This document shows, one piece after another, positions 19,879-29,396 of a DNA stretch of 64,000 nucleotides. The stretch is from assembly GCA_963422775.4 (NCBI GenBank), contig CAUJSJ030000154.1:8748-72747 (forward strand), given 5' to 3'. This stretch comes from an uncultured Roseateles sp. (GTDB lineage: Bacteria > Pseudomonadota > Gammaproteobacteria > Burkholderiales > Burkholderiaceae_C). Position numbers and translations under genes: made by a program. Within the stretch, counting starts at the first letter, position 1; each line of letters opens with the position of its first letter. Below the pieces are notes generated by a model. The model had not been told where the DNA came from. It did not search any database and was given only the letters and a program-made list of their open reading frames with translations.

Positions 19879-22800
19879 TCAGTTGTTGACCAGGATCTCG
19901 CGCCAGTTCAGGCGTTGCAGGCCCAGGTTGGCCGGGCTGCGCGTCGCCACCTTGCTGACCGGCGAGCAGTTGCTGCCCGTGCAGTTGTTCTTGCCCTTGA
20001 TCAACACGGACTTGCCCACGCCATTGATGTTGACGCTGTAGAAGGTCAGGTCGATGACGATGCCGTCCGTGGTGCTCTCGTAGCAGCCGGTACCGGCACC
20101 CGTCAGCGCGCAGTAGCCGGAACCCAGGTCGATGGCATAGACACGGCTGGTGCCGTTGGGGGCGCAGACGTCGGTGGAACTCGGCGTGGTTGCCGCGAAA
20201 GCCACCGTGCCATAGAACGACGTCGGGTCGGACAGCACGCGCCAGCCCGGGCCGCCTGCCGATACGCCGAGGTCGACATACCAGCCCAACTGGCTGCGCA
20301 GGTCCAGCGAGATCTTGACGTTCAGGTCGGTCAGCTCCAGCAGGTTGGACACCCTGAGCGGGAAGGTGACGCCGGCGGGGAGGTCGGAGGTCTGCCCGGA
20401 GATGGTGCCGTCCTTGCTGAATGCCGCGTTCGAACCATCGAGTATGGCGAAGAAGCGCTGCGGTTGCGTGTTGTTGATGTCGGACGAATCCAGCAGGCGG
20501 CCGGTGCCAATCGTGATGTAGCGGCGGTTCGTGCCCGGCTGGACGACCGGCACCGGCTTGCTCGTGATCGGCAGCGCGTTGCCATCCGAGCCCACCAAAT
20601 AGGCGAACTTGACGGGTGCGGGAAGGCCGCCTGTGCCCGTCACATCCAACCGCCAGATGTTGCCCATCAGGTCGCCGCCGTAGATGGCGTCGGCGTAGCC
20701 GTCGGTCAGGTCCAGCACGAAGGCATTGACGTGGGCCATGCCGGCCTGGTTGGACGCCGAGCAAGTGCTGCAGGTCGTCGCGACCTTCTCCAGCAGCGCG
20801 CCGGTGCGAGGATTGATGAAGAAGAAGTAGGCCTTGCCGTCCGCGTTGTTGTAGCCCGAGCCCACGACGACGACCCAGCCGTGACGGCGCGTCTTCACGA
20901 CAACCGGTTGACCGTAGGTGTAGCCGAGGTCGTTGTCCTTGAATTCCCAGAGCACCTTCTGCGCAGCGATTGCTTCGCTCGTGATGGCGGATGGGTCGGT
21001 GATGTCGAGGGCATAGATGATCTTGCCGCCCTTGCCCAGCCCGCCGACGAGGATGGTGCGCCAGTCGGTGCCGCTGCCGCCGCTGGTGCGGCCGAAGTCG
21101 ATGTCGATGTTCAGCGGCGTGGCATCCAGCATGAAGTGGTGGATGAACGTCGGGTTGCCGATCGACGCCAGGCCATCGGTGCTGGCACCCGACGGGCCGC
21201 TGAAGAGCGCCCCCGGCACGTAGGCCCAGATCTCCTTGCCAGCGGTGGTGCCGGTCAGGCTGCCATCCACCGCATGCATCATCCCGTCATTGCTGCCAAC
21301 GTAGACCATCGGTGTGCGATTGGCATAGGTGGTCTTGAAGGTGTCGTAGCCCGGGTTGTTGGTCGTGGAATAGGGCGCTGCCGGAGCACCGACCGGGCGG
21401 GCCTTGGCATTGACGATATCGCCCAGCAGCGTGGCGCGGTCGCGATAGGCGCGGGTGGAGCCGGAGACCGCGGATGAGCGCTCGTTCGTTCGATCACCGC
21501 GCAGGTAGTTCAGGTAGTCGGCCGAGTCGTTGCCGGCGGTGTACGACGTGTCAAGCGCGGTCATCTGTGCGGCTGAAATGCCGCCCGTTCCGCTGCGAAG
21601 AGGTACGCCTGCATTGGTCGACGTGTTGTAGGTGACGATCTTGCGCGCGGTATCCCATCCGGTTCCCGCAGCTTGAGTGCCCAGCAGGCCGGAGAACGTC
21701 CATTGGCTTTGCAGGCTGGGCTCGCCCGTCGTTGCGTTGAACGTGGTCGTGCTGGCTTCGAGTTCGCCGGTCCAGCTCCTGGCGTCGTACTTGGTCGAGT
21801 AAGACGCCACGCCGAGGGCGGACACCTGGGGCAGGGCGGTGGAGAACGAGGTCGAGTAGGCGGAGAGCTGGGACGCGATGCTGGAGAACGTCTTGTTCAG
21901 CCCGTCCACCATTTGATCCGCCCTGTCGGCCGTGAAGTAGTTGTCGGGCCGTGGCGTGCCGTCGGGCACGGTGTCGGTCGTGGTGGACCACCAGGACTTC
22001 GTTGTCGCATTGTTGGCGAACTGGGAGGGTGTTGCCGTGGCGTCCGAATAGGTGCTGGGCGGCTTGAAGCCGCCGTACTTGGCGGCCAGGTAGAACTGGT
22101 TGTTGGACTTGAAGGTCTGGTACTCGAGGACGTCCAGCCAGTAGGTCTGGATGGTCTGCACGCCATCCTTGTCGGAACGGATGTCGTTGATGTTGGACCA
22201 GTAAGCCAGGCCGGCCATCAGCGCGCCGTTGTTCGTACAGCAGCCGCCGTAGCCCTGAACGGATGCGAGCGAGTTGCCGAGACCCTGGAGCACACCGACC
22301 TTGTTGGTCCAGGTCGTGGCGTCGACGCCGGTGTCGCTCGTGACTTCAGCAGGCTTGCTCGGCTCGGACGAACCCGTCGCTCCCGGAAGGTTGCGATCCG
22401 CGTGGGCGTTGACGTCGCCAATGCCGAGGACGAAATTCCGTTGGCAGGAGTACTGGATGGGGTCATCCCAGGTCGTGATGACGGGAAAGCCATCGGCGTA
22501 GGTGGCCTTGGTCGCGGCATTGGCACCTGACATGGACGTCCAGGCGGACACATTGCCGAGATTGCGGTAGTAGCGATGCGTGGCGTAGTACAGCTCGCCC
22601 ACGGGGTCGTAGGTCTTGTAGCTGCCGGGGCTGATCTCGCCGAACTTGTTCAGGTAGTTCATCACCCCGCTGTTCGTGACGGTGACGCCGAAGTTCGTGT
22701 TCGTGTCGCTGGCATCACTGGCGTCCGGGTTGGTGACCATCACGCCGGTTGCGCCGTCCCATTCGCCCTTCGTATTGGCCACAGGAATGCCGCCTGGGAC

Positions 22801-23712
22801 CGGCATGGTCGGGCCGATGAACTTCTGCTTGGCTCGCAGCACGCCACCGTCCCGGTTGAGGTTGCTGTCGTTGAGGTAGCCGAAGGCGCTGTAGCGAATC
22901 TTGTCCGAATACTTCTGCATCAAGCCCGTGGGCTTGTAGGAGTTGCTGCCGTACTGCGTGCAGTTGGCTTCGCGATCACTGGCAGCCGCGGCGGGATCGC
23001 ACACCTTCACGCGGATGAACACCTCGTAGAGAGTGCCGTGCGTATAGCTGGCGCCGGGGTTGTAGTGGGTGGGCGTATTGCCGTAGTTCGGTGCCGGCGA
23101 GCCGCTGGATGCCGTCATGAAACGCATCTTGTTGCCGAGCGACCAGATGCGCGTGGCCATGCCGGTTGCCGTCGAGAACGGCGTTGCGCCCGACAACGCG
23201 CTGTTGCCGGAAACGCTGCTGTCCGGGAAGTTGCTGGTGCTGCCTTGGTTGGTCGCCCACGCCTTCTCCAGTACGGTCAGCGTTGATGTGTCGATGACGC
23301 GGTAGCCGCCCGTCAGTGCCCAGCGAAACGGATCGATGGTTTGCATCGACGCCCAATTCAGGTAGTTGCCACTCCACTTGTTCGTGCAAGTGCGGCTGCT
23401 GGCGGCGCCGTCGGGATAGAAGTAGTTGTCGGTGCTGGTGCCGTCGGTGTAGCGGTAGGAGTAGCACTTGGTCGGGTCGAAGTAGCCGATGTAGGTGCTG
23501 GCCGAAGAGTAGGTGCGCGTGGGGTGGGCCACGCTGATCGCTGTCGGGAACTCCACCGACAGCGCCAGCGCGAGATTGCCGGGCACGTTGACGGACGTGA
23601 ATACCGGCTGGTCAGCCAGCGAGACCTGGGCGGACGATGTCGCTGCGATCGTGGCGAGGCTGGCAGCGAGCGCCAGGCCACGCACAGAGACAACAAGGCG
23701 GACTGCATTCAT
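19879..23712 (-). CDS. pilY1: type IV pilus tip-associated adhesin / biogenesis factor PilY1
   Basis: ORF 19879..23862. The likely start is ATG 23712 (MNAVRLVVSVRGLALAASLATIAATSSAQV signal peptide). Conserved N-terminal YIGYFDPTKCYSY. The C-terminal PilY1 propeller signatures are ALDITDPS, GYTYGQPVVVK and DGYADAIYGGDLMGNIWRLDV. It is last in the minor-pilin operon. Confidence 0.9.
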   Translation of the reverse strand: MNAVRLVVSVRGLALAASLATIAATSSAQVSLADQPVFTSVNVPGNLALALSVEFPTAISVAHPTRTYSSASTYIGYFDPTKCYSYRYTDGTSTDNYFYPDGAASSRTCTNKWSGNYLNWASMQTIDPFRWALTGGYRVIDTSTLTVLEKAWATNQGSTSNFPDSSVSGNSALSGATPFSTATGMATRIWSLGNKMRFMTASSGSPAPNYGNTPTHYNPGASYTHGTLYEVFIRVKVCDPAAAASDREANCTQYGSNSYKPTGLMQKYSDKIRYSAFGYLNDSNLNRDGGVLRAKQKFIGPTMPVPGGIPVANTKGEWDGATGVMVTNPDASDASDTNTNFGVTVTNSGVMNYLNKFGEISPGSYKTYDPVGELYYATHRYYRNLGNVSAWTSMSGANAATKATYADGFPVITTWDDPIQYSCQRNFVLGIGDVNAHADRNLPGATGSSEPSKPAEVTSDTGVDATTWTNKVGVLQGLGNSLASVQGYGGCCTNNGALMAGLAYWSNINDIRSDKDGVQTIQTYWLDVLEYQTFKSNNQFYLAAKYGGFKPPSTYSDATATPSQFANNATTKSWWSTTTDTVPDGTPRPDNYFTADRADQMVDGLNKTFSSIASQLSAYSTSFSTALPQVSALGVASYSTKYDARSWTGELEASTTTFNATTGEPSLQSQWTFSGLLGTQAAGTGWDTARKIVTYNTSTNAGVPLRSGTGGISAAQMTALDTSYTAGNDSADYLNYLRGDRTNERSSAVSGSTRAYRDRATLLGDIVNAKARPVGAPAAPYSTTNNPGYDTFKTTYANRTPMVYVGSNDGMMHAVDGSLTGTTAGKEIWAYVPGALFSGPSGASTDGLASIGNPTFIHHFMLDATPLNIDIDFGRTSGGSGTDWRTILVGGLGKGGKIIYALDITDPSAITSEAIAAQKVLWEFKDNDLGYTYGQPVVVKTRRHGWVVVVGSGYNNADGKAYFFFINPRTGALLEKVATTCSTCSASNQAGMAHVNAFVLDLTDGYADAIYGGDLMGNIWRLDVTGTGGLPAPVKFAYLVGSDGNALPITSKPVPVVQPGTNRRYITIGTGRLLDSSDINNTQPQRFFAILDGSNAAFSKDGTISGQTSDLPAGVTFPLRVSNLLELTDLNVKISLDLRSQLGWYVDLGVSAGGPGWRVLSDPTSFYGTVAFAATTPSSTDVCAPNGTSRVYAIDLGSGYCALTGAGTGCYESTTDGIVIDLTFYSVNINGVGKSVLIKGKNNCTGSNCSPVSKVATRSPANLGLQRLNWREILVNN

Positions 23713-23740
23713 GGAGAACCTCTGGACGCCCTGAGCAGGC

Positions 23741-24388
23741 TCAGTTGGTGGTGAAGGTGGACTGGAAGAAGGACAGCGTGTTGCGCACCCCGGTGACCCT
23801 GAGCGTGATGCGATAGATCGGCTGCTGAGGCACCGCTGACGGATTGGCATTGTTGGCAGCACCGCTGTTGGTCTGGGAGTTGATCCATTCGCTGGAGCCT
23901 CCCCCGAAGACGGTCTGATTGGCCATCGTGCAGATGCTGGTGCTGCAGTTGCCGGTCGCCGTGGCCATGCGATCGATCACATAGCGGATCTTGACGCCCA
24001 TGTCGGTGATGGTGATGTCGTTGCTGGTCACGCCGACTGCGGCGAAATCGGTGTCAGAGAGCAGGGCGTTCGGAATGCCCTGCGCATTGGTGGGCAGCAA
24101 TGTCGCCTTGTAGTTGGCACTCTGCAGATCCGTGTTGCGCGCAGTGACGACGGCCAATGCGCCACCGGTGCGGACGGCGTCCAACGCGATTTGCAGCGCT
24201 CGCTCACCTTGATTGGTCAGGTCGCGCTTGAAGCCGATGTTGCCGATGGCGAACTGGCTGGCGTTGATGGAGCGCGAGATGGCCACTGCACCGATGAGCA
24301 GAATGACGAGCGTGATGAGGGCAAAGATCAGCACGATGCCGCGCTGTTCGCTCTTGGCTGCGCGCGTGAAGGAATGAGGGCGCTTCAT
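23741..24388 (-). CDS. pilX: type IV pilus minor pilin-like protein PilX
   Basis: The start is MKRPHSFTRAAKSEQRGIVLIFALITLVILLIGAVAISRS (PilX N-terminal domain pattern) at ATG 24388; the track start 24415 adds 9 aa. Position is between pilW and pilY1. Confidence 0.8.
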   Translation of the reverse strand: MKRPHSFTRAAKSEQRGIVLIFALITLVILLIGAVAISRSINASQFAIGNIGFKRDLTNQGERALQIALDAVRTGGALAVVTARNTDLQSANYKATLLPTNAQGIPNALLSDTDFAAVGVTSNDITITDMGVKIRYVIDRMATATGNCSTSICTMANQTVFGGGSSEWINSQTNSGAANNANPSAVPQQPIYRITLRVTGVRNTLSFFQSTFTTN

Positions 24389-24395
24389 CTCAGGC

Positions 24396-25538
24396 CTAGC
24401 GTGAGTAGCGAACATTGCGCAGCGGCACCGTGAACTCGACGACGCGATAGCGCTGGTTCGTGGTGTCCGTGGGCACGGTGTAGGTGTAAGTGAGTCCGGT
24501 GCCGAGGTCGCTGAACATCGTCAGCGAGGCGGGCGTGACATCGGCTTTCTCGATCAGGTCGCTGCGCAGGATCAGTCCGACGCGCACAGCGAGAATCGCC
24601 TGCAGGTTGGTCTGAGCCACCGAAGTACCGGCCGTCAGCGCGGCAGCGGTGTAGCCCGCAGTGGTCGGCGCAATCCATTGCGTGACCTGGTCCAGGCCGG
24701 TTCGCACGGTGTCCACACCGTACAGCACCCGCATGTCGACGACGCCTTCGACGAGTGCCTGGGCAGTGGTTGAATTCAATTGCAGCAGGTCGTACGAGAA
24801 CAGCGTGTCGTTGCTGCCGAGCCCGTACAGCATGAATCGCGGCTGGTTGCCGGTGACATTGCCCAGCAACGATACGAAGGCGTTGCCGTTCGAGAAATCG
24901 ACCAGTGCCCTGCCATTGATGGTGTTGGCGGCATAGGTGCCGCCGAAGGTCAGCGTCTGTGCGGTGCCACCGACGAAGCCGCTGCTTACCTGCTGCACCA
25001 TGCAGCCCACGGCCTGCTGCGACAGCAGCACCAGGTCGCCACCCCGGATACCCAGGGTGTTGGACAGCCTGAGCTGACCGGCGGCGGTCGATTGCGGCGC
25101 GACCGGCAGGGCCGATTCACTCAGCCCGGAGTTGCCGGTTGCCACCGCGATCACATCGGAGCCGTTGGCGCCTGCACCGGCATGGATGATCATCGGGGCC
25201 AGTACAAAGGTCTGAGGCACTGATGCGAAAGGCGCAGGAAATGCGCCAGTCGCCGGCAGCAATTGCGCGTTGCCGCGCGAAACGTTCAATGTGCAGCCAT
25301 AGTTTTCCGCGGATGCCTGGCTGATGCCGGCACCGGCGCTGCGCAATTCGCGGTCCAGCATGTACGCCGCATAGGCGGAGTTGCCGGTCAAATCGTTGCC
25401 TGAGGTCACCCCGCGCCGGATCGACTCCTGCTTGGCCACCATCATCGAAATGGCCAGCGTCAGCACCAGGCCGATGGCAAGCGTCACCATTAGCTCGACG
25501 AGGGAGAAGCCGCGAGACGGCGCTGAAAGGCGGCTCAT
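24396..25538 (-). CDS. pilW: type IV pilus minor pilin PilW
   Basis: Prepilin-type N-terminus MSRLSAPSRG/FSLVELMVTLAIGLVL, 380 aa. Position is after pilV, and the start overlaps the pilV stop. Confidence 0.85.
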   Translation of the reverse strand: MSRLSAPSRGFSLVELMVTLAIGLVLTLAISMMVAKQESIRRGVTSGNDLTGNSAYAAYMLDRELRSAGAGISQASAENYGCTLNVSRGNAQLLPATGAFPAPFASVPQTFVLAPMIIHAGAGANGSDVIAVATGNSGLSESALPVAPQSTAAGQLRLSNTLGIRGGDLVLLSQQAVGCMVQQVSSGFVGGTAQTLTFGGTYAANTINGRALVDFSNGNAFVSLLGNVTGNQPRFMLYGLGSNDTLFSYDLLQLNSTTAQALVEGVVDMRVLYGVDTVRTGLDQVTQWIAPTTAGYTAAALTAGTSVAQTNLQAILAVRVGLILRSDLIEKADVTPASLTMFSDLGTGLTYTYTVPTDTTNQRYRVVEFTVPLRNVRYSR

Positions 25539-25942
25539 TGGGGAATGACCACGTCCGTGGTGTAGGTGTGCGTGTCGTTGGCCGCGCCGGTGGACTGCAC
25601 AGGTGTCCAGGTCACGGTCACGCGGGCGGTAGTTGCATTCGTGACGGTCACCGTCCCGGTGCCGTTGGCAACACCGCTGGCTGGGTCGGCCACGCGTGCG
25701 GCCCAGTCGCTGACCGTGGTCGGATTCAGGTTCACGGTGTTCAGGTTGAACATTTGCGCTGCCATTTCACTGGCCAGCAGCGCCGCGCGTTGGGAGTCTT
25801 CGGTGCTCACGGAGACCTGCAGTGCGCGGCTCTGCAGCGTGATCAGGCCAAGCAGTCCGAAGGACACGATCAGGATGCCGACGAGCACCTCGATCAACGA
25901 GAAGCCGCGGGCAGAGGTGTGTTGCGAAGTCATCATCGGCAT
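25535..25942 (-). CDS. pilV: type IV pilus minor pilin PilV
   Basis: Prepilin N-terminus ...TSQHTSARG/FSLIEVLVGILIVSFGLLGL. Candidate ATGs are at 25942, 25936 and 25933, all overlapping the fimT stop (25933-25935). The track start 25978 lies inside fimT. Confidence 0.85.
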   Translation of the reverse strand: MPMMTSQHTSARGFSLIEVLVGILIVSFGLLGLITLQSRALQVSVSTEDSQRAALLASEMAAQMFNLNTVNLNPTTVSDWAARVADPASGVANGTGTVTVTNATTARVTVTWTPVQSTGAANDTHTYTTDVVIPQ

Positions 25943-26523
25943 CCGTCTGGTGCGCTGCCGCTCTTGCCGGGATCGCACAGCCGGATGGAGCCGGCCAAGC
26001 TGACCGTCACGCGCAAGGGGCGCTTGTCAGCGCTGCTTCCTGAGGGCGTGATGTCGTACAGAGCTGCAGCAGCGGTGCAGTCCACCCCGACCGTGGCCGG
26101 GTTGGTCAACGTCGTCTGCCGGCCATCGCCTCCGAAGCAAAGCGCTGTGGCGGAAGAAGTGAGGGCAACGTCGGCAGAGACGTCGGTCAGCACGCCGCAC
26201 TGCACGGCGTCGGCTGCGTCGCCGGTGAGCAGGGCATTGGGCACCACGCGGATCTGCCAGTAGCCGCCGCCGGCGGCAGCCGTCGATGCGGTGGTGCAGG
26301 TCTTGGTGTTTGTAAGGAAGAACACCACCGAGTGCGTGCGCCGCTGTGCCTCGGCCTGGGCCAGACGCAGGCCAGTCTGCAGAGCATCGGCGACCGTCCG
26401 GGCGCGGGCATTGCGGATCCAACTCGTGAAGCTTGGCATTGCCACCGCCAAGACGATGCCGACCACACTGACCGACACCAGCAACTCGATGAGGCTGAAC
26501 CCTGAACGACGACGTTTCAGCAT
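25933..26523 (-). CDS. fimT: type IV pilus minor pilin FimT/FimU (GspH family)
   Basis: Only the C-terminal 196 codons of track ORF 25933..28059 are credible. The start is [48 protein letters not shown] (GspH/FimT signature) at ATG 26523, which overlaps the pilE stop. Confidence 0.82.
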   Translation of the reverse strand: MLKRRRSGFSLIELLVSVSVVGIVLAVAMPSFTSWIRNARARTVADALQTGLRLAQAEAQRRTHSVVFFLTNTKTCTTASTAAAGGGYWQIRVVPNALLTGDAADAVQCGVLTDVSADVALTSSATALCFGGDGRQTTLTNPATVGVDCTAAAALYDITPSGSSADKRPLRVTVSLAGSIRLCDPGKSGSAPDGCR

Positions 26524-26993
26524 GAGTCGCCCTTGACCATGATCCATTTGCTGGTGCAAACGCTGCCCCAAGCGGTCGGGATTGCCGTGGTTGCGCGAAC
26601 GTCCTGATGGTTGATGGTGTAGGTGAACCCGCTGGTTTTCCCACTGCCGACGGCCTGCAGCGTGAACTGGCTCGCGCTTAGCGTGCCGGTGCAACTGACC
26701 AAGAAAGTGCCGAACGTGCGGGCCGAAGCGGTGGCGTTGTTGCAGGGCGAGACAAAGGTGCCGGCGTCGGCATAGGTGCGGTTGTCCTGGTAGTAGCGTT
26801 CCATCTGGGCGCGCATCGTTGTCAGGGCACTGCTGGCGTCCGCCAGTCGGCTGCGGGTCACGTAGTCGCGGTACTGAGGTACCGCGATCGCACCCAGGAT
26901 GCCGATGATGGCCACGGTGATCATCAACTCGATGAGCGTGAAGCCGTGAACAGAGGCGGAGCGAGGGCGGTGGCGCATAGGTCGGCTTTGCAT
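26517..26993 (-). CDS. pilE: type IV pilin, PilE-like
   Basis: ...[49 protein letters not shown], with two C-terminal Cys pairs. Candidate starts are ATG 26993 or 26978; the rest of track ORF 26517..27161 is upstream read-through. It is first in the minus-strand minor-pilin operon. Confidence 0.85.
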   Translation of the reverse strand: MQSRPMRHRPRSASVHGFTLIELMITVAIIGILGAIAVPQYRDYVTRSRLADASSALTTMRAQMERYYQDNRTYADAGTFVSPCNNATASARTFGTFLVSCTGTLSASQFTLQAVGSGKTSGFTYTINHQDVRATTAIPTAWGSVCTSKWIMVKGDSC

Positions 26994-27291
26994 GGCGGGT
27001 GGAAAGTATTTTGGTGTTGACTGGGCTTGCCGTGATGCCGCTCGTCGTGGGCGGATGAACGCTGGTCGCGACGCTTGCGCATTTCGTGAACTGACGCACG
27101 CATACGCGGCCCACGCCTGACATCCGAGCGTTGCTGAAGCGCGGCAGGCGCAGCAGATCAAGGCTGAGTTTGGGCCGCGACCCCATTTCCTTTATCGGCT
27201 CGCCACGAGCCTTCCTCAGCGGCAACCCCGGGGTTCTTGGTGTTTCCCCTATCATGGCGCCCTTCCATCCGCCTGGCTCCGGCCCGCCCGC

Positions 27292-28116
27292 GTGAACCCT
27301 TCGGCAACCGCACCTCTGATCGAACTGCGCAACGTCAGCGTCGGCTATGGCGACCGCGTCGTGCTGAATGGCGTCAACCTCAAGCTCGAACGCGGCAAGG
27401 TGCTGGCGCTGATCGGTACCTCCGGTGGCGGCAAGACCACCGTGCTGCGCCTGCTCGGGCGGCAACTGCGGCCGATGAGCGGCCAGGTGCTGTTCGATGG
27501 CCAGGACCTGGCGCCGCTGGATCTGCCGGGGCTCTACGCCGTACGCCGGCGCATGGGCATGCTGTTCCAGTTCGGCGCGCTGTTCACTGACCTCAGCGTG
27601 TTTGAGAACGTCGCCTTCCCGCTGCGCGAGCACACCGACCTGTCCGAGGCCATGATCCGCGACCTGGTGCTGATGAAGCTCAACGCCGTCGGCCTGCGCG
27701 GCGCCCGCGATCTGCTGCCGAGCGAGATCTCCGGCGGCATGGCGCGCCGTGTGGCGTTGGCCCGTGCGATCGCGCTGGACCCCGACCTGGTGCTCTACGA
27801 CGAGCCTTTCGCCGGCCTGGACCCGATCTCCCTGGGCGTCGCCGCCCGCCTGATCCGCGATCTGAACGACGCCCTCGGCCTGACCAGCGTCATCGTGTCG
27901 CACGACCTGCACGAGACCTTCCAGATCGCCGACGAGGTGGCCATGGTCGCCAACGGGCGCGTCGTGGCCCAGGGCACGCCGGACGAACTGCGCCACAGCG
28001 ACGACCCGCTGGTGCGCCAGTTCGTGGGGGCCGAGCCGGACGGCCCCGTGCGCTTTCACCAGCCGGCCAAGCCGGTGGCCGAGGATTTCGGCGTCTCCCG
28101 CGGGGTGTTGGCATGA
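27292..28116 (+). CDS. mlaF: phospholipid ABC transporter ATP-binding protein MlaF
   Basis: GTG start. Walker A GTSGGGKTT, signature ISGGMARRVALARA, Walker B LVLYDEPFAGLD. It is followed by mlaE and mlaD. Confidence 0.9.
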   Translation: MNPSATAPLIELRNVSVGYGDRVVLNGVNLKLERGKVLALIGTSGGGKTTVLRLLGRQLRPMSGQVLFDGQDLAPLDLPGLYAVRRRMGMLFQFGALFTDLSVFENVAFPLREHTDLSEAMIRDLVLMKLNAVGLRGARDLLPSEISGGMARRVALARAIALDPDLVLYDEPFAGLDPISLGVAARLIRDLNDALGLTSVIVSHDLHETFQIADEVAMVANGRVVAQGTPDELRHSDDPLVRQFVGAEPDGPVRFHQPAKPVAEDFGVSRGVLA

Positions 28117-28892
28117 TTGCGCTCGCCACCCGCGTGGGCACGGGCCTGCGCCTGACGCTGGCCGATGTCGGCGCCGCGGCGCGACTGTTCATGAGCCTGC
28201 TGGCGCGCTCGCCCAAGGCGCTCGCGCGCTCCGTGCTCGTGCGCGAGCAGGTCTTCTATCTGGGCAACCGCTCGCTGTCGATCATCGGCGTGTCCGGCCT
28301 CTTCGTCGGCTTCGTGCTGGCGCTGCAGGGCTACTACACGCTGCAGCGCTACGGCTCGGCAGAGGCCGTCGGCCTGTTGGTTGCGCTCAGCCTTGTGCGC
28401 GAGCTGGGGCCGGTCGTCACGGCGCTGTTGTTCGCGGGACGTGCCGGCACGTCGCTGACGGCCGAAATCGGCCTGATGAAGGCCGGCGAGCAGCTGACGG
28501 CCATGGAAATGATGGCCGTGGACCCGGTGCAGCGGGTGCTGGCGCCGCGCTTCTGGGGTGGTTTCATCGCGATGCCCTTACTTGCGGCAGTTTTCTCGAC
28601 CGTCGGCATCATCGGTGGCTGGCTGGTGGCGGTGCCGTTGATCGGCATCGATTCCGGCGCGTTCTGGTCGCAGATGCAGGGCGGCGTGGATGTGTTCGCC
28701 GACGTCGGCAACGGCGTCATCAAGAGCCTGGCTTTCGGCGTGACCGTCACTTTCGTTGCGCTGCTGCAGGGCTACACCTGCAGCCCGACGCCCGAGGGCG
28801 TGTCGGCCGCCACCACGCGCACCGTCGTGCTGTCGTCCCTCGCCGTGCTGGCGCTGGACTTCATGCTGACCGCGCTGATGTTTTCGATTTAG
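28113..28892 (+). CDS. mlaE: phospholipid ABC transporter permease MlaE
   Basis: 259-aa polytopic membrane protein. The MlaE-type motifs are LVRELGPVVTALLFAGRAGTSLTAEIGLMK. The start overlaps the mlaF stop. Confidence 0.9.
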   Translation: MIALATRVGTGLRLTLADVGAAARLFMSLLARSPKALARSVLVREQVFYLGNRSLSIIGVSGLFVGFVLALQGYYTLQRYGSAEAVGLLVALSLVRELGPVVTALLFAGRAGTSLTAEIGLMKAGEQLTAMEMMAVDPVQRVLAPRFWGGFIAMPLLAAVFSTVGIIGGWLVAVPLIGIDSGAFWSQMQGGVDVFADVGNGVIKSLAFGVTVTFVALLQGYTCSPTPEGVSAATTRTVVLSSLAVLALDFMLTALMFSI

Positions 28893-28904
28893 GGAGAAGG
28901 AAGG

Positions 28905-29396
28905 ATGCAATCCTCTCGATATGACGCCTGGGTGGGCTTTTTCGTGCTGGTTGGCGGCGCGGCCCTGCTGTTCCTGGCGCTCAAGGCAGGCAATCTGCTC
29001 AGTTTGAACTTCGACGAGACCTACCAGGTGTCGGCGCGCTTCGACAACATCGGCGGCCTGAAGGCGCGTGCGGCGGTGAAGAGCGCCGGCGTCGTCGTCG
29101 GCCGCGTGGAGTCCATCAGCTTCGACGACAAGACCTTCCAGGCCAAGGTCGTCATCAATCTGCAAAAGGCCACGCTCTTCCCCAAGGACAGTTCGGCCAA
29201 GATCCTGACCGCCGGCCTGCTCGGCGAGCAGTACGTCGGCCTGGAGCCGGGCGCCGACGAGAAGAACCTGGCCACCGGCGACGTGATCCGCCAGACGCAG
29301 AGCGCAGTGGTGCTCGAGAACCTGATCGGCCAGTTCATCAACAGCAAGGCGTCTGACATGGGCAGCCCTGCGCCCGCCTCGGGAGGCAAACCGTGA
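28905..29396 (+). CDS. mlaD: outer membrane lipid asymmetry protein MlaD (MCE domain)
   Basis: N-terminal TM segment, then the MCE domain YQVSARFDNIGGLKARAAVKSAGVVVGRVESISFD. Confidence 0.9.
   Translation: MQSSRYDAWVGFFVLVGGAALLFLALKAGNLLSLNFDETYQVSARFDNIGGLKARAAVKSAGVVVGRVESISFDDKTFQAKVVINLQKATLFPKDSSAKILTAGLLGEQYVGLEPGADEKNLATGDVIRQTQSAVVLENLIGQFINSKASDMGSPAPASGGKP

Noticed and set aside
27000-27110. A sigma54 (-24/-12) promoter upstream of pilE, as found for many pilin genes.
   Set aside because: The best candidate on the minus strand (CGGCATCACGGCAAGC) has the GG and GC one nucleotide too far apart and lacks the TGGCAC/TTGC context. No convincing sigma70 hexamers were found either, so no promoter was called.
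25933-28059. A 708-aa minus-strand ORF spanning fimT, the pilE region and the antisense of mlaF.
   Set aside because: This is stop-free read-through. Only the last 196 codons (from [15 protein letters not shown] at 26523) form a coherent GspH/FimT protein. The upstream part overlaps pilE in another frame and mlaF on the opposite strand.
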